Of a stretch of 32,000 bases of DNA, positions 25,787 through 32,000 are shown in pieces; positions within the stretch are counted from its first letter, which is position 1, and the number at the start of each line of letters is the position of its first letter. Both the position numbers and the translations under genes were made by a program. Below the pieces are notes generated by a model, which made no database searches, was not told the origin of the DNA, and was given only the letters and a program-made list of their open reading frames with translations. This stretch comes from Synechococcus sp. A15-28 (lineage in GTDB: Bacteria > Cyanobacteriota > Cyanobacteriia > PCC-6307 > Cyanobiaceae). The DNA is taken from contig NZ_CP047931.1 in the NCBI RefSeq assembly GCF_014280175.1, positions 510,001 to 542,000 of the forward strand. The letters run 5' to 3'.

Positions 25787-26287
25787 CTAGGAGCCAGGGG
25801 TCGTGAGGCGGACGCTGAGGACGTGATCGCGGGGAAGACGTTTGATCCGGCCGCGGATGTTGATCTGCAGCGTGTCTTCGTCCCGCTCAAGCAACAGCCC
25901 CTCCAGCCGCTGTTCGGTGCCCTCTTTGTCGCGATGCACCACGTCCACAGGGAAACCCCGGAAGGTCTGGAAGTCGCGATCACTGGACAGGGTCTCCCCG
26001 ATCCCAGGACTGCTGATTTCCAGAACATAGGCCTCGGAGAGCAGCTGGGCATTCTCGAGGGCGTCTCCAAGCGTTCCACTGAAGCCAGCGCAGTCATCAA
26101 GGCTGACGTCAGCACCATTGGAGCGGCGGATATGAACCTCGAGGGTTATCGGGGCCATATGCGTCAGCAGCTGGATTCCGCTGAGCTCAAATCCCTGCAT
26201 TCCGGCCACGGATGTGGCCAGAGTTTCGAGTTCAGGAAGCAGGGGATGCGGCAATGGAAACTGAGATCGGGCCTGCCCGACGTGCAT
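25787..26287 (-). CDS. rimP: Ribosome maturation factor RimP
   Basis: ...LEVHIRR..VSLDDCAGFSGTLGDALE...YVLEISSPGIGETL... is the RimP signature. It lies upstream of nusA, as in the conserved rimP-nusA-infB operon. Confidence 0.9.
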   Translation of the reverse strand: MHVGQARSQFPLPHPLLPELETLATSVAGMQGFELSGIQLLTHMAPITLEVHIRRSNGADVSLDDCAGFSGTLGDALENAQLLSEAYVLEISSPGIGETLSSDRDFQTFRGFPVDVVHRDKEGTEQRLEGLLLERDEDTLQINIRGRIKRLPRDHVLSVRLTTPGS

Positions 26288-26360
26288 TCAGTTGTGGCCG
26301 ATCTCCCTCAGGAGCTGCGCGTCGGACACGACTTCAATGTATCTGACGGCCCGCCGCGCG

Positions 26361-26636
26361 TCAGGTCTTGGGCAAGTCGATGGATGGTGCATCGGGGAAG
26401 GCATCGCCCTTCTGTTCAGCACCCCTGAGCTCAGGGTCCTGATTGATGCACTGGCGTTGTTGATCAGGCGTTTTGAGGTACTGGCAGACCCGGCTCCAGA
26501 GCTTGCTGCGGCTGCCCTTGGGGCCATTGCTGAACTGCACGGCGTCCAGCGCGCCGCCATTGGATTCAATCGAGACCTGGCACAGAGGGCAGCGAAGAAT
26601 CTCCGGGGTAGCGGTCACGGTTGGAAGACGGAACAC
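26361..26636 (-). CDS. Hypothetical small CxxC-containing (putative zinc-binding) protein
   Basis: ...EILRCPLCQVSIESNGGALDAVQFSNGPKGSRSKLWSRVCQYLKTPDQQRQCIN. It has four Cys, with GTG starts at 26636 or 26618. Third-position G+C is visibly higher in this frame than in the overlapping plus-strand ORF 26292..26693. Confidence 0.45.
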   Translation of the reverse strand: MFRLPTVTATPEILRCPLCQVSIESNGGALDAVQFSNGPKGSRSKLWSRVCQYLKTPDQQRQCINQDPELRGAEQKGDAFPDAPSIDLPKT

Positions 26637-26677
26637 GACGAGACACTAGTCAGTGCCCCGTCTGTGGCGCTGATGGA

Positions 26678-27145
26678 TCAGTTGCAACCTTGAACGGAAA
26701 TGCGGTAGCTGAAACCGGTGGCTTTCGGGTCTTTGTTGGCCCCCACCTTGAAGTTCACCTGGCTGATGCTTTTGCCCTGCACCTGTGAGAAAGGACCGAA
26801 CATGCGGCCGGTGCCGAGTGGGGGCTGCAACTGTTCATCAGCAACTTTGAGGTTGCTGCCGTCGCTGAATTTGATAAAGGCTTCGATCGGATAGCTGGTG
26901 GAGTCGCTGGAGTCGGCCGTGAAGAACAGCTTGAAACTGCTGTAGGGCTGGTCCACCACGAAATCGGTGTTCCAGTTGGTGCGCCCGATTGTGATTCCGA
27001 TCAGGCCCTTGGGGCGTTCCACCTTCTTTTTCACGATGGCTTCGCCACTGCCAACGGGCTTAAGAAATGTGCAGGCCGCCTCAGCGGTGACGGGGGCCAG
27101 CAGCAGCAGAGCAGTGCCGCTGAGCAGTGGGATCAAACGAGACAT
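26678..27145 (-). CDS. Unknown secreted protein, 155 aa, immediately downstream of the radical SAM gene
   Basis: ATG 27145 lies 8 nt after the rSAM stop. Signal peptide MSRLIPLLSGTALLLLAPVTAEA. The mature part is beta-strand-like, with Cys near both ends (ACTF...VQGCN). No family recognised. Confidence 0.6.
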   Translation of the reverse strand: MSRLIPLLSGTALLLLAPVTAEAACTFLKPVGSGEAIVKKKVERPKGLIGITIGRTNWNTDFVVDQPYSSFKLFFTADSSDSTSYPIEAFIKFSDGSNLKVADEQLQPPLGTGRMFGPFSQVQGKSISQVNFKVGANKDPKATGFSYRISVQGCN

Positions 27146-27153
27146 GGATCGAG

Positions 27154-28338
27154 TCAGTGGGTTGGTTGGGGGGTGAGCGGAGGTCCGGCTTCGAAGCGTT
27201 CCAACAGCACCTGAACAGGGATCTGGGTGCCGAAGCGGCAAGCGTTGGTCTCGCTGGAGGCGAGGCTGCCGTGTTCCCAGAATTTGTTGCTGCCGTTGCC
27301 GCCACCGCAGAGGCCGAAGTATTTACAGCCGTTGTGGCAGGTCTCCACACCGCGGCTCATGTCCGCGAAGAGGCGCTGGAAGTGATCGGTCTGGGTGGAC
27401 TCCACCAGAGACACGTCCTTCAGGTTTCCCAGGTTGAAGGTGCCGTAGCGATCGCTGGCTACCGAGAGGAGCTCAGGGTCGAAAGTGGAGAAGTTCCCCT
27501 GCCAGTCGACGCTGAGGATGGAGAAGGGGCGGTTCAGTTCGTTCTGGGTCATGCGTTGGTTCCCCTGGATCAGGCTGATCACCTGCTGGAACTCGCGCAG
27601 AACCACGGGGTAGCCGTCCTGTTCGCTGAGGTGCCAGAAAGCCCTCAGAAAATCGCGGTACTTGGCCTCCATGGCTGAGCCCTGCATGGAGGAGCTGGTG
27701 TGAATGCCCTCCTGCTCTTCCACGTTGAAGCCGACATCGTTGATGCCGTGATCGCGGAAGAAGCGGTACATCCGCTCCGGCTGCTCCATGGCATCGGCGG
27801 TGAGCACCGAGATGCAGTGGAAGGGCACATCGTTGCGATGCAGAGCTTCAATCCCCTTCATCGCCAGAGAGTGGGAACCGCGCCCGTTGCGGAAGCAGCG
27901 GTGGGCGTCGTGAATCTCTTCCGGACCATCCACGCTGATGCCCACCACGATGCGGTTGCGGTGGAAGCAATCGCACCAGGCGTCGTTGATCAGCGTGGCG
28001 TTGGTCTGCAGGTGCTGGGTGAACTCCAGCCCTTCGGCACCATGCTCAGCAAGGCTGCGCTGCAGGATCACCGTGGCCTGGTCGTACCAACTTGTGGGCA
28101 AGGTGAGGGGTTCGCCGGCGTGCCACACCAGCGAAAACTCGGGGCCGGCGTAGGGGCTCTCGAGGATGCGCTGCACCAGTAAGGGCAACAGCTCGAGATC
28201 GAAGACCCGTTTTTTCTGCCGATCGGGCAGGTAGCAGTAGGAGCAATCGAGATTGCACAGCGCGATGGACTGCACCACCACAAGGCCGATGGGCCCGAAC
28301 CGGTTGAGGTCGGGCCCAGTTTTCAATGAACTGATCAC
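27154..28338 (-). CDS. Radical SAM/SPASM-domain peptide-modifying enzyme (GRRM-system type)
   Basis: CNLDCSYC (CxxxCxxC) near the N-terminus, GEPL, and a C-terminal auxiliary Cys cluster CHNGCKYFGLCGGG...TNAC. The probable GTG start at 28338 overlaps the precursor TGA (GTGA, 28335..28338). The ORF-track TTG start at 28392 lies inside the upstream gene. Confidence 0.88.
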   Translation of the reverse strand: MISSLKTGPDLNRFGPIGLVVVQSIALCNLDCSYCYLPDRQKKRVFDLELLPLLVQRILESPYAGPEFSLVWHAGEPLTLPTSWYDQATVILQRSLAEHGAEGLEFTQHLQTNATLINDAWCDCFHRNRIVVGISVDGPEEIHDAHRCFRNGRGSHSLAMKGIEALHRNDVPFHCISVLTADAMEQPERMYRFFRDHGINDVGFNVEEQEGIHTSSSMQGSAMEAKYRDFLRAFWHLSEQDGYPVVLREFQQVISLIQGNQRMTQNELNRPFSILSVDWQGNFSTFDPELLSVASDRYGTFNLGNLKDVSLVESTQTDHFQRLFADMSRGVETCHNGCKYFGLCGGGNGSNKFWEHGSLASSETNACRFGTQIPVQVLLERFEAGPPLTPQPTH

Positions 28339-28721
28339 CAGTTGACGAAGCCTCCGCCGCCGTTGCCCCAGGCACCGCCGCCGTTGCGCCAACCACCGTG
28401 GTAACCGCCGTTACCCCAGGTGGGACGGCTGTTGCTCCACTTGTTGCCGCCTTTGCCGTTCTTCCATTTGCCACTCCCGTAGCTGTTGCCGAACTTGTGG
28501 CCGCCGCCATTGCCCCACTTGCTCTTGGCGACTAGCTCACCATCGTTGTCGATCGTCTTCAGCAGGGAGCTCCAGTCGCCGTTACGAACGGAATCGATGC
28601 GGGCCTCGATGCTGTTGGCAAGGGAATCAGGCGCCACGTAGGTGGAACCGGCCTCTGCGCTCTGGCAGAGAACGGCACTGGATGCGATGAGGGCCTGGAA
28701 GGCGATGAGGGAACGGTTCAT
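28335..28721 (-). CDS. rSAM-associated Gly-rich repeat protein (putative modified precursor)
   Basis: 128 aa. Signal peptide MNRSLIAFQALIASSAVLCQSAEA, a ~43-aa non-repetitive region, then KWGNGGGHKFGNSYGSGKWKNGKGGNKWSNSRPTWGNGGYHGGWRNGGGAWGNGGGGFVNW (nt 28338..28520). Confidence 0.85.
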   Translation of the reverse strand: MNRSLIAFQALIASSAVLCQSAEAGSTYVAPDSLANSIEARIDSVRNGDWSSLLKTIDNDGELVAKSKWGNGGGHKFGNSYGSGKWKNGKGGNKWSNSRPTWGNGGYHGGWRNGGGAWGNGGGGFVNW

Positions 28722-28767
28722 GGCGAATCAGTTGGCGGTTTGGAGACGTCATGTTTGAAAATCGTGG

Positions 28768-29658
28768 TCAGCTCCCCGGGGTGACCACGGTGGAGATTTC
28801 TGCAGTGATGCTCAGGATGAGCCCATACAGGGAACTGATTCCCGAACGGGTCAGGCCAACGCTGCTGCCAGGGCCGATCCAGCGATCCACCATCTCTCTG
28901 GTGCCAGCGTCACCATCCATGTAGGCCTGCATCATCTGGCCGATGGCGAGATTGGCCTGGGACAGAAGCTTGCCGTTGTTCTGGCTGACGATGCAGCCGA
29001 CGCCTGAACGTCCGTAGGGGCGGAACGGCAACAGGGCTGTTGTTTCGGGGCTGCTGTTGGCAGCCAGCCAGAGTGTTCCTCCTCCAAGGATGGGAACCTC
29101 GCCGCTGTTGTAAGCGCTCAGTGCTTCGGCGGGGGTGTCGAAAGCCTTGAACGTGGCGTCTGGAATCACACTCTCCAAAACCTTGGCTGAGGCACTGTCC
29201 TTAACGACACCAATGGTTTGCTCCTTGAGCGAGTCCGGTGTCCCATCGACGGTGGTGTCGCTGGAGGTCAACAACCGTGTTCCACTTACACCAAAGGGAA
29301 GGCTGTAGCTCAATTGGGTGGAACGGTCCCAGGTGAAGGCGACCCCACAGGCGATGTCCGCTTTACCGGTGATCACTGCGTCGATCCCGTCCTTGACCGT
29401 GGAAGCCACTTGATAGCTGACCTGGCCACGGCCGGATTGCATGCGGATCTGTTCGAGGACATCGACGCCGAATCCCTCGTAGCCGGAGTCGGTTTTGCTG
29501 TAGAGGGGCTTGACTTCCTCGAAGATCACAGCATTCAAGGTGCCAGCAGCAGGTGACTGTTCAGTTGTCTTGGTCGCTTCACGTTCCGCAGATGGTTGGC
29601 CTGAGCACGCTGAGAGCAGAGCTATGGCTGCAAGGGCTAAGGCGGCGCGTAGCTGCAT
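28768..29658 (-). CDS. Lipoprotein, family-3 periplasmic solute-binding protein (amino-acid-binding type), orphan
   Basis: Lipobox LLSAC after a signal peptide. Two-lobed SBP pattern (...GFGVDVLEQI..., ...GKADIACGVAFTWDRS..., ...IGVVKDSASA...). No adjacent permease or ATPase genes. Confidence 0.78.
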   Translation of the reverse strand: MQLRAALALAAIALLSACSGQPSAEREATKTTEQSPAAGTLNAVIFEEVKPLYSKTDSGYEGFGVDVLEQIRMQSGRGQVSYQVASTVKDGIDAVITGKADIACGVAFTWDRSTQLSYSLPFGVSGTRLLTSSDTTVDGTPDSLKEQTIGVVKDSASAKVLESVIPDATFKAFDTPAEALSAYNSGEVPILGGGTLWLAANSSPETTALLPFRPYGRSGVGCIVSQNNGKLLSQANLAIGQMMQAYMDGDAGTREMVDRWIGPGSSVGLTRSGISSLYGLILSITAEISTVVTPGS

Positions 29659-29689
29659 AAAACAATTGCTCCTCCAGTCGTTTAAGTGA

Positions 29690-30886
<1,197 letters not shown>

Positions 30887-30923
30887 AACCCTTGCTACGG
30901 TCGCGCCCAGCCAATCCGGTTTG

Positions 30924-31643
30924 ATGGCCGATCTCCAGAACCAGATGAAGCAGGCGGTGGCCGATGCCGCCGTTGAGCAGATCAAGGACGGCATGGTCCT
31001 GGGACTGGGGTCCGGATCCACGGCGGCCCTGATGATCAAGGCTCTCGGGGCGAAGCTGGCCAGTGGTGCGCTGAAAGACATCGTCGGTGTCACCACCTCC
31101 TTTCAGGGTGAGGTCCTCGCCACCGAGCTGAACATCCCTCTTCTCAGCCTCAATGCAGTGGATCGCATCGATCTGGCCATTGATGGCGCCGATGAGGTGG
31201 ACCCTGGTTTTCAGCTGATCAAAGGCGGCGGCGCCTGCCACGTTCAGGAGAAGCTGGTGGCGGCACGCGCCGAGCGGTTTGTGGTGGTGGTGGATTCCAC
31301 CAAATTGGTGGAGCGTCTGAACCTTGGATTTCTGCTGCCCGTGGAAGTGCTGCCCGGGGCCTGGCGTCAGGTTCACCAGCAGCTGTCTGCCCTTGGAGGC
31401 CAAGCCGAGCTGCGCATGGCGCAGCGCAAAGCCGGCCCGGTGGTCACCGATCAGGGCAACCTCGTCCTTGATGTGACGATGAACGGTGGCATCTCCGATC
31501 CCGCGGCTCTGGAATCAACGGTGAACAACATTCCCGGCGTTCTCGAGAACGGCCTGTTTGTTGATCTCGTCGATGAGGTGCTGGTTGGAGAGATCACCGA
31601 TGGCAAGGCTGGCGTCCGCAGCCTCGAGAAGCGGCTCAGCTGA
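30924..31643 (+). CDS. rpiA: Ribose-5-phosphate isomerase A
   Basis: [15 protein letters not shown] and IKGGGA motifs. ATG 30924; the TTG at 30921 is one codon upstream. Confidence 0.93.
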   Translation: MADLQNQMKQAVADAAVEQIKDGMVLGLGSGSTAALMIKALGAKLASGALKDIVGVTTSFQGEVLATELNIPLLSLNAVDRIDLAIDGADEVDPGFQLIKGGGACHVQEKLVAARAERFVVVVDSTKLVERLNLGFLLPVEVLPGAWRQVHQQLSALGGQAELRMAQRKAGPVVTDQGNLVLDVTMNGGISDPAALESTVNNIPGVLENGLFVDLVDEVLVGEITDGKAGVRSLEKRLS

Positions 31644-31650
31644 GCCGCTT
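31629..31650. repeat. 22-bp perfect palindrome spanning both convergent stop codons of rpiA and hisD
   Basis: AAGCGGCTCAGCTGAGCCGCTT equals its own reverse complement. Both genes end ...AAG CGG CTC AGC TGA (KRLS-stop) and overlap by 8 nt. Confidence 0.9.
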
Positions 31651-32000
31651 GCGAACGGATTCGGCATGGCTGTGAAGTCCTTCGCTTTCAGCCAGTTCAC
31701 ACACCGCTGAGGCCGTGGCCTCTAGGGCCGCGCGGTTGAACTGGATCATCGAGGAGTGGCGCATGAACGTTTCCACGCTGAGGGCACCGCTGAAGCGGGC
31801 TGCGGCACAGGTGGGCAATGTGTGGTTGGGGCCAGCCAGGTAGTCGCCGACCGCCTCCGGTGACCAGGGGCCCAGGAAGATGGCCCCGGCATGTTGGATC
31901 CGATCGGCCAGGGCTTCCGGACGCTCCACCAGCAGCTCCAGGTGCTCGGGGGCAAAGCTGTCACTGAGCTGGGCGCAGGTCTCGAGGTCGTCACAGACCA
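31636..32000 (-). CDS. hisD: Histidinol dehydrogenase, C-terminal part (gene continues beyond the right edge)
   Basis: Reading the minus frame to the window edge gives ...[49 protein letters not shown]...[12 protein letters not shown]..., which are classical HisD motifs. The M at 31929 in the ORF track is an internal GTG. Confidence 0.9.
   Translation of the reverse strand, partial: VCDDLETCAQLSDSFAPEHLELLVERPEALADRIQHAGAIFLGPWSPEAVGDYLAGPNHTLPTCAAARFSGALSVETFMRHSSMIQFNRAALEATASAVCELAESEGLHSHAESVRKRLS

Noticed and set aside
26292-26693. 133-aa plus-strand ORF between rimP and the secreted-protein gene.
   Set aside because: It overlaps the minus-strand 26361..26636 ORF. The minus frame has higher third-position G+C by my codon-by-codon reading, contains a CxxC…C…C pattern, and matches the orientation of all neighbours. 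This call is not certain, and a homology search should decide it.

Overview
A densely coding, GC-rich chromosomal segment. From gene content alone (no search run) it looks like a marine Synechococcus-type picocyanobacterium. I call about 40 CDS and 2 tRNAs; I see no rRNA, CRISPR array, transposase or integrase. The backbone is housekeeping: tyrS-pyrF, plsY, an MFS-mlaE-DUF3119-like operon, glgX, hup, gluQ, a compact sdhC-sdhA-sdhB operon, rimP-nusA-ylxR-infB, an HtrA-type protease, rpiA and the 3' end of hisD. Five items deserve a second look. (1) A three-gene minus-strand cassette (26678..28721) encodes a signal-peptide-bearing Gly-rich repeat protein with eight aromatic-X-Asn triplets, a start/stop-overlapping radical SAM/SPASM enzyme, and a tightly following unknown secreted protein. 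This matches the poorly characterised cyanobacterial GRRM-type peptide-modification system. (2) A prokaryotic pentameric ligand-gated ion channel homologue is coupled by an ATGA overlap to a membrane-anchored, family-3 solute-binding-like protein (16987..19190). The pair sits at the 3' side of tRNA-Thr and looks less GC-rich than its neighbours. (3) Two toxin-antitoxin-like pairs, Phd/VapC and MNT/HEPN, flank a conserved coiled-coil gene. (4) Two convergent genes overlap by 222 nt (19506..19727). (5) Several sequence curiosities: a 31-bp in-frame internal repeat, a 22-bp perfect palindrome shared by the rpiA and hisD stops, and 21-nt tandem repeats in nusA. The ORF track counts GTG and TTG as starts and contains many long antisense shadow ORFs typical of GC-rich DNA. 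Several starts were therefore re-picked by reading the sequence and remain uncertain.
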